A stretch of DNA of 64,000 nt, taken from contig RHPI01001037.1 in NCBI GenBank assembly GCA_009103225.1, positions 496,001 to 560,000 of the forward strand, read 5' to 3'. The number at the start of each line of letters is the position of its first letter. Position 1 is the first letter of the stretch. The stretch is from Chlorokybus atmophyticus (Eukaryota; Plantae; Mesostigma and Chlorokybus algae). Position numbers and translations under genes: made by a program. Under the pieces are notes generated by a model that was not told where the DNA came from, did no database searches, and was given only the letters and a program-made list of their open reading frames with translations. Below, in pieces: positions 11,714 to 24,834 of the stretch.

Positions 11714-14079
11714 ATGCTGCATTCGAGCAGGGCAGCGGCGCTCCTCTGCTTGTCGTCATCAGCATTGCTGCTGACAGTAATAAGCAGCTGCTGCTTGCTG
11801 GATACTGCTCATGCCTTTCGCTACGTCACGGAGATTAAGCGTCACCGCGCCATCCTCGCCAGCCGCCGCGCCGGCGTCTTGCCTAAAGGCGGGGGGGAAT
11901 GCAAGGACGACTGGGACTGCTCGCTGGGCGGGGATTGCAAAGAGGGTAAGTTTGCTGGTGTGATGCGTCTGTGTGTATGTTTGTTGTTTGGTTTTGTGTG
12001 CTTAATTCTATGCTTGCTATTGTGTTTCTGGTATTCAATTGTTTGTTTCGTTCTGTTGTTCCATGCAATTGTTGTTCTGCAAAGGCATGCAAGCTGAGTG
12101 ATTTCCTTGCATTGGAGCCATCAGTCAAGCAACTGCCGACTGTCAGTACAACGGCCCCATGCGGTGCAGTTGTATGAAGACACAAGATCGCTGTAGTTCT
12201 GTGCTGACTGTTGCTGCACTGGCTGTTCATCGCTTTTTATGCAGTTGTCATGCATGCTGGTAATGCATTGGCATTGTACACTTGGAGAAAAGGCGAAAGT
12301 GCACCATTCATACATGTTCTGAAAGGATATGCATGGTAAACTTCAAAGCACATCGAGGAATGGCTTATGTGCCAATAATAACACGACAGCATGCCAAGAG
12401 TGAATGTGCGTGCATGCGTCATTACTAGCAACTACATTGTCACTGCGTCAACATGTGTTTCTGAGCGATTCATCACAGGGCTTTGCGAATGCCACATGAC
12501 GTGGACTGGCCCAAACTGCGCAATCCTGCATCTACTACCTGTAGACCGCGAACAAGTAGGCTACCGACCTCACCATCGCAGGTCAGCTATTTATTACGGA
12601 TACATCCATGGACTACTAAACATGGCTAAACCCAAGTGAGCTTGTCGCTCAGTTGCGTTCTCTTCGTCATGTTACACATTGCAATACACATAATGCTTGC
12701 CTGCAGGTGTCGCAACTGCACATGGGGTGCCAACTCTGTTTACTACAACGGGAAGCACCACTTATTTGTTGCAGAGATGGCAAGCGGCAAGGGTCTAGAC
12801 GGGTGGATTCGAGACTCGCAAGTGATTCACGCAGTCGCAGACTTTGCCAACGGGCCGTTCACGAAAGTGCGGCTGGTTCATGGACCCGAACGACATAACC
12901 CAACATTGCACCGACACCCTGACGGCACGTACTTGCTGTACTCTATTGCGCAGGCCGACGAGAGCATTGTTGTGGCCTTTGCGTCGAGTCCCGAAGATGA
13001 GTTTGTGGACTTGCCGGGTACGCTGCTGCGCGGGAGACATGGCCGTTGGGACGGGACAGTCACCAATCCGGGGGTGTGGATTCATGCCAACGGGACGGTG
13101 TTCTTGTACTACAGAGGGACCGACCAGTTCACGCGGGCGGAGTACATCGGCCTGGCCGTATGTGAAGGCGGGTGGAACGGCACGTACAGACGTGTTGTGG
13201 ACAAGCCACTCTTCTCGCACCAAAGTGAAGATCCATTTGTCTGGCGCGATTCGAATGGCAACTTCCACATGCTCACGAATGGAATGCCCGGCTGGCTTGA
13301 GCCCAAATGGACTGCAGGCGGCCACGCGTGGTCCCGAGATGGCGTGGTGTGGTCCGAGCTTCAGCTCAACGCCTTCAACACCACAATCCAATACACAGAT
13401 GGGGTTTTTGAGACCTTCCTCCGGAGGGAACGTCCCCAAGTGATTTTTAACAGCAAGGGGCTGCCTGAATGGTTTTACACAGGTACGCTGTTTTTGTCAG
13501 AGTCAGTGTTAGTCGTACAATGCCATTAGCTGTCACTGACTCACCTGTCAACTTCTTTGTTGCCATGTGTTAACAGATAATGAGTATGAATGCGTGCATG
13601 CAAGCGACCAATATCACGTGTTTGCAGGGGTGATGGGTGCAGCAGGGTCGTATAAAGAAGACTACAGTTTCACACTTGTGCAACGTGTGTATACCGGTGA
13701 AGCGCACCTGACTGCAGCAAGCGCAGCAGCAGTAGTAGTAGGCGAAAGACCATCTCTTACGCGGCCTTCATCACCACTTCACGACGCGGCAGTCTTGCGA
13801 ACAACACTTTCATCTTCCTCGGAAGAAGTGAAAGAGCAGGATGCCAGGGCCAGGTCTGATATCCGCAGCCTCTTGGTGTACAGAGCGGTGATTGGGGAGA
13901 CGCGTGTGATCACCCTTGCCATACTCTGTGTAGCCATGCTCGTATTGTGCAGATGCCACGCGTTTCGCCGACACAACAACACACCGCACGCGGTGACATC
14001 GGTCGCGCCGCTCACGCGAACTCTTACGCCGAAGCTCATACGCCAGCGGTCGCTGCGGAGCGAGCGGAGTAAAGAATGA
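11714..14079 (+). CDS. Secreted/membrane-anchored EGF-like + five-bladed beta-propeller glycoside-hydrolase-like protein (GH43/32/68/117-like clan), paralog A
   Basis: Hydrophobic N-terminus. Cys motif CKDDWDCSLGGDC-xG-xCECHMTWTGPNC. Propeller motifs CTWGANSVY..HLFVAE, HNPTL, TVTNPGVW, SEDPFVWRD..FHML, GGHAWSRDG and RRERPQV. C-terminal hydrophobic helix VITLAILCVAMLVLC. Introns at 11946-12478, 12582-12706 and 13483-13627. Confidence 0.8.
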
Positions 14080-16057
14080 AAGCGGGTTGTGACAGCGGCG
14101 GTTTTTTGTATATACAACTTGCTCAGTTCAATGATCGCTTGGCTGGCGCAGTGTGTTGGGGGTGGAGTGTTGATTGGGACTGCAGTCGACTAGACTGCTT
14201 GGTACCAAGCGGTCATCTGCTGTTCGTGTGTGCGCTGAGGGTCTATTGGTAGTTGTAGAGATAAGCTTAGGCCGGTTGCTTTTGTTGTTCTGCGGTCATA
14301 ATAACCATCATAGCCCGTCTTGCAGATGTACAGGACAATCACGAGGCTGTTATAAGCATGCATCTCAACGCCATGCATCACATGCAACACATGCATGTGA
14401 CTAGTCCAGCATACGATCTTTGGTATACCCCATGCACCTCAATGCCGCATGCACGACCCCCGGGCTAACTATGTCACTACTCCACCTCTACTCCTACTGT
14501 CCCCTGTCAGTCATGCATGCATGCATGCATGCATCACTGGCAGTGATGGTAGTCACCCGCACAGCGGCTGTAGTTAGTGGCCAGTCCTTGCAGCGGCAAC
14601 AGCAGACAATCCCATGGACTCCTCCCCACTCCCTCCCCCCTCCACCGCCGCCTCACCACCTTCACCCGACCCACTGCACGCTTAGGGTTTTGTGAGTTCA
14701 ATGCATGTACGGCATGCATTTACGGATTGCTGGCGTCGCTGTGTACTCCTGCCGCCGTCGCACGGGCAGTTGGAAGTGCTCCCCATGCACTTCGCGTCTT
14801 TGTTAGAGGCGGCACTGTATATATCTAAGGCGGCACTGCCATGCATGGCCAACAGGGCGGGCACTACATATGCTACTTACCTACACCTAGGCATGCATGG
14901 TGCCCCTGGTCGAGACCAACTATCGTGCACGCACACATGTACAAACAATGCGGGGTGTGCTTGCTCATGCATCGTGTCATGCATATGTCATCACGCAGAC
15001 AGCAACCAGCAGGCACGTAAATCTCTTAAAGCACTAACAGCAACATCGTCACACCAAGCTACGTACTGTCATCCCTGCCTATCACTGCACAAGCATACTC
15101 ACACGCATGCCAGCGGCATGCGAGCAGGCGCACACTCTCACATATATTCAACCACCGGGCTACACTACTACATCTAGGCCAACAACTACACCACCACCCC
15201 GTTAGTCATGCAAGCATGCATGCAGCAAAATGCAATCCCCTGTACAAGCACGAGCAGCAGCGTTAATGACGGCAGTCAAAGGCTGTGTGTGGCAGCAGCA
15301 GCAACGCAACATGCAGCACAGCAACGGCTCTCCCTCCCTCCCTGTCTCCCTCCCTCCCTCTCTCCGTCACCCTAATCCTCCTTCCACGCCCTCTCTCTCT
15401 TCCCTCCCCTCCCCGTCCTCCGCCTTTCCCTCCTCCTCCTCCTCCCACTCCGCCGCTGTTGCCGTCGCAACCCTTGCTGTTGCTGGTCGGCAGGGCCCCA
15501 CTGCCCCGCCCCTCTGCCCCGCCCCTCAGGCCTCCCCCTTCCCGTGCAGTGACAGTAGCTCATGCTCCGGTTAGGTTTGCAGCAGGTTGGGTTTGGTGTG
15601 TTTGCCTTCACATCGACAGTCCTGTAGCCCACTGCTGGCTATTGCTATGCCAGTTGCCAAGGGTGTATCAATAACACTTCCTGCGACAATGCGCAGTAGC
15701 CGCACCCGCACAGCTCACCACGCAATCAGGTCCAAAGCGAGCGTGGCGGGCAATTAAACCAGCCTCCACTGTGACAATTGCCATATCTGTACTCGTGATA
15801 CAGCAATGATGCCCATCTGTACCGTGCGGTAGACTTCTTGTCGCCACGCAATTGCTAGTTTGTGTAAAGACATGCAAGTAATGTCTGTGCATGGAAGTCA
15901 GCTAGTGAACAACCAGCATAAACAAATGACAACATAAGCCTGTAACCTGAAGCCAGTACAACTACAATACTGACACCTGCAATAAACATACCATACCTAC
16001 CAGCGCGACACCACGTGGCAGCAACATGCCAGCATGAGCACGCAGGCATGACAGACT

Positions 16058-18394
16058 TTAGACGCGGTCCTTAGTTAGCACAAGTTCGAAAGGTGCAAGT
16101 TTTCGTCTCCAGCAAAACCTCCTGCACATGTAAAGAAACGCCAGCCCAAACCCAGTTGCCACGACAGCAGTGGCAACCAGCCCAACCTCTACCGAGCGCA
16201 GCGCAGACTGCGATAGAGGCTTCTGAGTCAGGGCTGTTGGTGGCATTCCAGTTGCAAGCGGTGAAAGGGAGTCAGTGGAGTTCAAAAGTGCCAACACGCT
16301 TGTCAGATTGAACGGTTCAGGTACTTTGTCGTCTGTTCTGGCAGTATTTGCTTCGTCAGGACTCTGTGGCAGTTGCTCATATGTAGCGCCTGGCATGGTG
16401 TTGATGCGCTGCACGAGAGTGAAACTGTAGTCTCTCTGCTTGACACCACGCGCGCCCATCACACCAGAATAGAACCATTCTGGCCATCCCTTGGCGTTAA
16501 GCAGCACCTGGTTGACACAGAAAACGACATGATGCATGCGTTGCGAACAACGTGGCGTGTGCAACATGTGCATCATGCACAATCATACAAGGCAACACTC
16601 GTACCTGAGGTCGCTCTCTCCGGAAGAACACATCCCATCCCCCATCCTCATAGCGTATGGTTGTGTTGAAGGCATTCAGGACGGGCTCTGACCATTGCAA
16701 CCCGTCCCGCGACCATGCGTGCGCGCCGGCTAAGAACTTGGGCTTCAGCACACCTGTGCTTGCATCATAATACAGCTGGAGTGGCATACAACACCGTCCA
16801 AAGAAAATGCCCATGACAGGCTCTGTACGCGTCATTACAGTAGCTCAGCATGTTGCACCCGGCTAGCATGACTATGCAATGGAGTCCGCACCAGGCAAGC
16901 CATTGGTAAGCATGTGAAAACTCCCACGAGAATCTTTCCACACGCAAGGGTCTTCACTCTGATGCCTGAAGAGTGGCTTATCCATTGCGCGCTCAAAAGT
17001 TGAGTTCCAAGTGGCTTCTTTGGACACGGCGAGCCCAATGTACTCAGAATGGCTCGCATCTGTTCCGCGATAGTACAGAAAGACAGTTCCTGCCGGCCAC
17101 AGCTATTGGTTACCGCTGGTAACCTTTTCCTCAAACTTACAATGAGCACTATGCCAACGTGGCAAGGTAGCTCTTGCATACCATTCTCATGGATCCATAT
17201 GCCAGGGTTCGTGACAGTTTCATCCCATTGTCCAGGTCTGCCGACCAGTAGACTCCCAGGTATGTCCTTGTATGGACCCTCAGGCCTAGCTGCCCACGCC
17301 ACGCCAATGTGGTCGTAGTCCACAGCTATAGTGAAGAGCAGGTACTTGCCGTCCGGGTGCAAAACCGCTGTTGGGTTGTGCCTTTCCTGTGCACACGAGA
17401 ATGAGCAAACAACGTGGTGCAGCACACCACAAGCAGATTGTTAAATGGTCGTCAAGACCATCATGTATCATGGTCTGCTTTGCAATGCAACCCCAATCAG
17501 GATTGCAATGCATCAGCTGTCCCGTCAAGAATCGACATGGCAGGGTTAATAAGAACAGAGAAAGATATCAATTTGTCCTAGTTCAGTGCCTCAATTAGCA
17601 TGTGCACAGTCCTACCGGTGGGTAAAGCAAGCCGTGTCGTATGAAGGGTCCATTGGCAGCAGGCCCTGTCGCATAGATTACCTGCGCGCGGGCATGGGCA
17701 CCATGCATGAAGCAAGCGGTTGCACTCAAGCGCCCTGGCGTGCACGACTATATACTGCAGCAGCCCACCTGCGAGAGAGTCTGCCAAGCGTCAAGTCCAG
17801 CTTCGGAAGCCAATTCAGAGGCAAACAGATGGTATTGCCCCTCGTGAAAGATGGCGTTTGCACCCCAAGTGCAGTTCTGGCACTTCTCCGCATCAGGACG
17901 GTAGCCCATCCTGCTGCGGTCCACCGACATCAGGTGCAGCGTAGCGCAGCTGGCTCCCGTCCATGTCGGATCGCACACGCACTTCCCGTCTGCATCACAC
18001 ACAACACAGCATTGCGAATGATGCTCACAACTGCATGCACAAAGATAAAGCATGCATGCAACAGCTCGCAGTCCTTCACAGCAATGCAGAACAACGCGCA
18101 CACAGCATGAAAGGGCTACTTCAGAAAGCTTTTGCAGCTGTCGCTGTTTGCTCAAATCCTCCTTTGCTCAAGGCATTTCACAGATGAAACAGGTCTGGTC
18201 TTACCATTGCAGACGCCGCCAAGGCTGCAGTCCCAGTCGTCAGCGCAAGGCCCGCCGCCTTTGGGAAGCTCTGGCGCAGCCCTGCTGTCACGCAGAGCCT
18301 GCTCGAGCTGTGAGTCAAGCGACTGCGCTGTGCACGCCCGCAATGCTAACACTACTGCTGCGCAACTCAGCAGACAGTCCAGCTTTAGCCTCAT
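16058..18394 (-). CDS. Secreted/membrane-anchored EGF-like + five-bladed beta-propeller glycoside-hydrolase-like protein, paralog B
   Basis: Signal peptide MRLKLDCLLSCAAVVLALRACTA. Motifs CADDWDCSLGGVCN, CVCDPTWTGASC, CTWGANAIF, ERHNPT, TVTNPGIWIHENGTVFLYYRGTD, QSEDPCVWKD, AGAHAWSRDG and RRERPQV. Ser/Thr/Pro stalk, then TM helix VGLVATAVVATGFGLAFLYMC. Six GT-AG introns. Confidence 0.8.
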
Positions 18395-20120
18395 GCCCCC
18401 GGGTGCTCAGCCTGCACCAGCACACATGCAGGGTTGGCATGCATGCAGTTGTGTTCTCCCTAACTTGGCCACAAGCAGGAAACGAGACAATTGCGCATGC
18501 ACAAGTTGTTTCTGCATGCGTGACGCAAGAACTTGATGACAAATCAAAACTTGCACTGTGTTTAACCATGCAAACTGCAAAAAGTTAACAAGACAAGCTG
18601 AGCAAGCAAGCTGACTCTGGCTGTCCTTTGCACACGTTGTCCTTGGCGAACTGTACTGTAGTGCTTGTTGCAACGCAGTGGACAAGTAATGCTGTCAGAC
18701 AGCTCAAATCATCTCAACATTTGCTGGTTATTGCCATGACGATGAGAGCTGTCCAACGCTCTCACCCACACCGCCGCTGGAGACGGCAGCGACTTGTTGA
18801 CCAATGCCAAGATATCCTCAAGCGCACCTGCGTGCTGGTATCGTTACATCCACAACCGCATTTCACACGACTACAAAGCGTGGAACACGCTCCACTGATT
18901 TCCTCAGCGGCGCCGCCGCCGCCGCCGCTGCCGCTGCCGCTGCCATTATCAACACAGCAGCTGCAATCACGCGCAATGGTCAGAGCCAACATTCCTACAT
19001 CAAGGGCAAGTGCTGCATCTATGCAACGCTGCCTGTCGCGAGTCGCGACTCGCAACGGATCCGCGGTTGCGTCGCACCGTCCTAAAGTTTCTGCAATTCT
19101 AGGTTTTTCGTGTCGGAGAAGCGGGTTTCCAGAACCCATAAAGGTGCGACGATCGCACAGTCAAGGGGAAAAGAGGGAACCCCAGAATCCGTTTTGCCTA
19201 ATGCGCACAACCGAACCGTCGTTCCAGCTAACCTATCGAGTTGAAGTTTAACCGTCAAACCGTTAAGACCGGCCAAAGTCTTGCCCGCCCGATGGTCAGT
19301 GACCATCCATTGCCCCGCAACCAACAACCGGTGAATTGCACATATCTGAACCGTGCAATCTGATGAGCAGACTGGAACCTGAGCGCCGGAGTTTGGCTTG
19401 TTTGACCGGTCGTCATACCTCGTGACCTGCTGTCGCTGGGTGTGTTCTCGGTGAGCTGCTAACGGCATGCAGGTCCATCGAAGGCTAGCTGTTTCGGGGT
19501 GTGCCTAGCTGGAAAGCGCAGGAGTCAGCAGCAAGGTCGTCAATCAGCCGCAGCGCATTGTGGTCAGATTGTCGGCTGCCGTGGCGGCGGCGGCGGCAGG
19601 GTGGCGGTGACGAGAAAGGAGAGGAAAAAGGAGCTGGGGAACGGAGCACCTGTGCGTGAGTGTGGCTTACCGGCTAGGGTGCGCTCTTCTGCAGGCTATG
19701 CTTTGATACGGTAAGCCCGCGGAGTCAACTGTCCACACCCAACGACCTCGCGCATTGCCATGCTGCGAGCCAGGCGGCTGTACTTTGAGCTGTGTAGGCT
19801 TGGCAAAGCAAGTATAGATAGAAGCGGGAGCCTTGTGTTGTCAGCTAAACGCTTGAACTTCGTGCTGGTACAACCCTAAACGGTGTTGTTGACATCGTGT
19901 TCGTGACCTATCAATGTCTTGGTCAAGCTTTCAATATGGTAGCATTTAGTTGGTAGTTCTACTTCGATCAAGCTAGTTGATCAGCATTGATGCTGTCAGA
20001 TTTGCAAAAAGGTGTTCACGGGTTGTTAGGCAGTTGGTGGCACTAGAACTTGGTCAACCTGCTTGCATTGTTACCTAATTGCGTGCGTCGTGCTTAGGAA
20101 CTGCAGACAAAGTGATCAGC

Positions 20121-23100
20121 ATGCAAAGTACCAGTCTGTGCGTTGGTGCGCCCACCTTGTCGCATGTCAGCAAACAGCCAGCAGCATGCCCTCTGCGGCA
20201 TTCTTCCACCAGGCAGCAACGCCATTCCAACACCAAGCTGCACTTGTCGAGCAAATTCTTCGGTGTTGCATTGAGGTGGAACACAATTGTGCACACATGC
20301 GTAAATGTGCTGACATTGCAGCTTGGTGCATGTGTTCGCAACAATGACAAACATGCGTGTCCTGTAGGAACGGGCATGCAAACCTGAGCAGGAGAACAAA
20401 CCCCGCGCGGTCCAGGCTGAAGGTGCTCCTTGAGTCATTATGGCATGCGAACTAGCGAGTTGTGTTGGCAAGTTGTGCATAGCAACCGTGCTCCATTACA
20501 GATCCAGGCAGTGGCCAGCAGTGCCATAAGTGAAGTCAATGGAGGTCTTCCCTTGGCGGTCGCTCGGACCGAATATGAGCAAGCAGAGGCAAAACTAGCG
20601 CAAGCGTTGAAAGACCGCAAGGGCAGTTTGGAGGCACATGAGGAAGCAGAGCTGCGTGCACAGGTACTCAAGTTACATACGTTGTTTATCAAGTTACCTC
20701 CTCCAAATCACGCTGTCCGATCTCTTGCCAGTGGTGAAACTTCGCCTGGTTTGGCAGGTTAAGCTGTGCAAAGCAGAGCTGCTTATGGCTGAAGCAGCCC
20801 AAAAGGAAGCAACCTGGCGACAGGCCGTAGAAGAAGCTCAAGTATGTGCATTGCAGGCTGTTTGTCTTGGGAATGGCAGTCTCTAGGACCAGAACAGAAG
20901 AATGGCACGATGCATGATATGCTGTATTGTTGCTCACGCTTGGCAGGCAGCTGCTGAAAAGGAGAGACAGAATGCAGAACAGTTGCAACGGCAGCTGGAA
21001 GAAGCTGAGCAAGCAAGAACGCAGCTTGATGCGGAGAAGCAGGCAGTGGAGCAGCGTCTTACAAACGATCTGACTCAGGCAGAGCTTGCCATACAGCAGG
21101 CCAATGAGCAGACGGCAAAGGTATTAATTTGTGTGTCAGCTCTTGCGCATGGGCTCATACAGCACTATAACCTGTACTTGGACACAGGTCAGAGCAAGCA
21201 TTGAAGGTGAGGTCAACCAAGTAAGGTCTGAAGCTGCTCGCTTGACGGCAATTATTGAGAAGAGAGCATCAGCGGCAGCCGCTGATGCATCTGCGGCTGA
21301 GCTTCAAGGTTTTCGGGTAAGGGTCATTCATCACAGTGTGCACATCACAACATACGCATATCAATCTTGCAACCTGGTGAACAATCAACCATCTGACTCA
21401 ATTCATAACTGTACGATGTTAGGCAAAGTTGGCGGAAGCGCAAACTACGGCAGCTGACGCTTTGAAGGGTGCTGATGAGCGCGTGTTGAGAGCTGCTGAG
21501 GATGCATACATACAGGCTAAAGCGGAGTTGCAGGTACATTTGAAGAGGGTAACTCCTGACGTGCTTGATGTGTCACATGCTAGCAGAGCTACTGTCATAC
21601 TCAATCATGGCTCTCCATACATCGCCGCAGGTTGCTGTTGAGAACGCTCAGGCTTCCGCAACTGCAGCTGAGAAAAGGGCAGCTGATGTCCAAGAGCTGC
21701 TGAGTTCGCGGACAGCATTGTTTGAGCGCGCAGTGGAAGCTGCCAAGGAGACCACTGCTGCTCAGAAACGCGCAGAGGTCACAATTGCTGTTGGTGTTGC
21801 ACAAATGTTAGTATAATAAAACGATGTGTGTTGCCAACAATGCCCGTATACAGGAGGCCGAGCAGCAATGCCGGGACCTCCACGCTCAAGTTGAAGCACT
21901 GCGGGAAGCAGAGGCAGCCAATGATAGGCTGGTGCAGGCTGCTGAACAGCGGGCAGCAAAGGCAGAAGCGCAAGTCCAAGTAAGCAATGATAGTGCTAGC
22001 TTTGTGACTTATATGGGTCTCGCGCAGCTGATTCCTGCATGCAGTTCCATCTTTACAGCACTTTGAGTGCGGTTGCATCTTCTGTGATGCAATGGCAATG
22101 CTCTGATTGGTACCATGGGCAGGCGCGGTTGGAGGAGTTACATGCTGCTGATGAACGTCGCGCGGCAGCTATGGCTGAAGCTATGCAGCTAGCCCGTTCT
22201 TCGGCAGATGTGCTTGTTGAGCAGGCCAAACTTGCCATGTCAGCTGAGTTAGAGCAGTTGCGCCTTGCTTTACACATGGCCCAGCAGGTAAACATAAGCG
22301 CTGAACAGTACAGGTATAATCTGTCACAGCAGCTGCTCCAGTGCTAACGCCGTTGGTTGGTACGGTAGGAAGGAGCGGCTAAAGCAAAGTCTTATGAACG
22401 CCAGTTTGCAGCTGCAAAGAGTGCTCTTAAGAGCACAGCACAGTCTTTAGATGCTTGGAAGCGACGCGCTGAAGCTGCTGAGAGGACCATTCGGGAACTG
22501 ACATCTGGCGAGGTAGCTTTTGCTGTGCAAGCTGTGTCATCCAGTTGTCTTTTGCAACTAACCCAAGGTGCTGACATTGTGACGTAACTGGTCACAGCGC
22601 TTACAAACATCGGGGTCAGAACTTCAAGCTGCGCAGGCAGATATCCTGATCAGACAGTCTATTGAAGCAGGTCGCCTGCGCCGCATATTTGGCAACGGCA
22701 AGGAACTCCGTCAGCTGATGGTGTCAGGACCACGTGGAACTACAGCCCTTCCTGGTCAACAGGTCTGTGCAGGTCTAGGCATGGTGTCCCATTGGTCAAG
22801 AATGAGAGTAGTTAGGCGTACTTTGGTACACGCACAGTCTCGACACAATTGTAGGACACTCAGATACCGTGTTGTGGTCCTCTGTGCCCTCTGCTTGGGC
22901 TCTGCTTGGCAACAGTGTGGATGTGCACCAGTTCTTCAACTGTACCAGTTGCTTACTACTGCACGGCTTTCAGGAAGTGCGTATAGAACCATTTGAACTA
23001 CCCGAACCAGACATGGTGTGGAACATCGCTACGGCTACACCTCCCCAAACTCCAACACCGGATAGACCGCCGGCCACCAAAGAGTACGTGTCACCTGGCC

Positions 23101-24834
23101 TCGTCCCAGAATGGCCCGTACCTGCAAAGCTGCCGGTGCCGCGCGGTTCTCGGCAGCGCCCTGCTACTGGTAGTGCATTCGTGTGCCTTGCCTGGATCAG
23201 GATGCGCTTGCTTGGCTGTTGTGTGTTGTTGTTTTACACCATCATATGCGATGGAGTTAGCTGGCATCCTGGTGACCCAACACGTCATGCATGCAGAGAT
23301 TGGCACAGGAAGTGGGAGGGAGATTCTTTTCCAAGGTTTTCATTGGGACAGCCATAAAGAGGGCTGGTACGGAGCTCTCCGTGGCAAGGCTACAGATCTG
23401 CGTCTCAGTGGCTTCACTACTGTGTGGCTTCCACCTCCCACAGCGTCTGTCTCTGCCGAAGGTATATTACCAACATGACAAGATACACCATTGCGCATGT
23501 TGCCCGTACCACTGGCTCCAGTAGTGCGCTTGGTAGCCGGTCACCTTATGGGTGTTATCAACAATCTTGTCCTTTCTTGCAGGTTACATGCCTGTGGACT
23601 ACTATGACTTAAACTCAAGGTACGGTAGCATGGATCAGCTGAAGATCCTGATTGCGGAGCTGCATGCTGCCGGCATTCAAGTACTTGGAGACGTTGTCTT
23701 GAATCATCGCTGCGCTAGCAAGCAGGTACCTGGAAATGCGAGTTTGTAGTATTGTTTTATGACGCCACATGTGGGGACATCTGCGCCATGAGGCGTGTGC
23801 ATGTGCTGTCAAGCCTAATAAGCATTCCAACCTTCCTGTGAACCACAGAACGACAAAGGGATATGGAATATCTTTGGCGGCAAATGCGCATGGGGTCCAG
23901 ACGCCATCGTGTCTGATGATCCCAATTTTCACGGCAAAGGGAACAAGTCCTCTGGCGACAACTTTGCGGCTGCTCCAAATATTGATCACTCACAAGATTT
24001 TGTGCGCAAAGATATTAAAGAGTGGCTGTGCTGGCTCCGAGATGAGATCGGGTATGATGGCTGGCGCTTGGACTATGTTCGGGGGTTCTGGGGCGGATTT
24101 GTTAAGGAGTACTTGGAAGTTTCGGATCCGTGCTTTGCGGTTGGGGAGTACTGGGACACAATGGACTACAACATGTCAGATTTGCGACACAACCAGGACC
24201 GACATCGGCAGCAAATTATTGACTGGATCAACGCTACGGGTGGCCTCTCATCTGCATTCGACGTCACCACAAAGGGCATACTTCACGCAGCACTGGGTGC
24301 CAGCGAGTACTGGAGGCTTGTTGACGGACAAGGCAAGCCTCCGGGCGTGTTGGGTTGGTGGCCTTCACACGCAGTGACCTTCCTTGAGAACCACGATACA
24401 GGATCAACTCAGGTATGTGCACGCATAGTCCATTGTAGGCGAGGTGCTTATCAATGTGCTCACGCTGCTGCTTTGTTGTGCAGAACCACTGGCGTTTCCC
24501 TGACAAGAAGCTTGATGAGGGATACACTTACATTCTCACGCATCCCGGGACGCCGACGGTATTCTTTGACCACTTTTACAGCCAAGCCTTCCCTGGCATG
24601 CACAGTCTCATCCAAGAGCTAATCAACATCCGGCGCCGCAACGGCATCCACTGCCGAAGCAGTGTGGAGATCCTGTGTGCCGACCACACGTGCTACGCAG
24701 CATGCATTGACGCAAATGTCTGCATGAGGATTGGCCCTTCAGCCTGGTCACCGCCAAACAACTTGCACGGTGCAACCTGGCAACTGGTGTTGGGCGGCGG
24801 ACCGCATCTGGCCGTATGGGAGCGCGCCAGGTAA
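20121..24834 (+). CDS. Plastid-targeted alpha-amylase (GH13, plant type) with long N-terminal coiled-coil extension
   Basis: The inferred transit peptide is [19 protein letters not shown]...[21 protein letters not shown]. About 2 kb of A/E/Q-rich coiled-coil exons follow. The catalytic domain has [71 protein letters not shown] and [12 protein letters not shown]. The end is at 24834, or a few codons later if AG/GT at 24830 is spliced. Confidence 0.88.

Noticed and set aside
14560-15640. Pro/Ser-rich ORFs between the two propeller genes
   Set aside because: They are low-complexity C-rich tracts with no splice-consistent gene model or domain signal.
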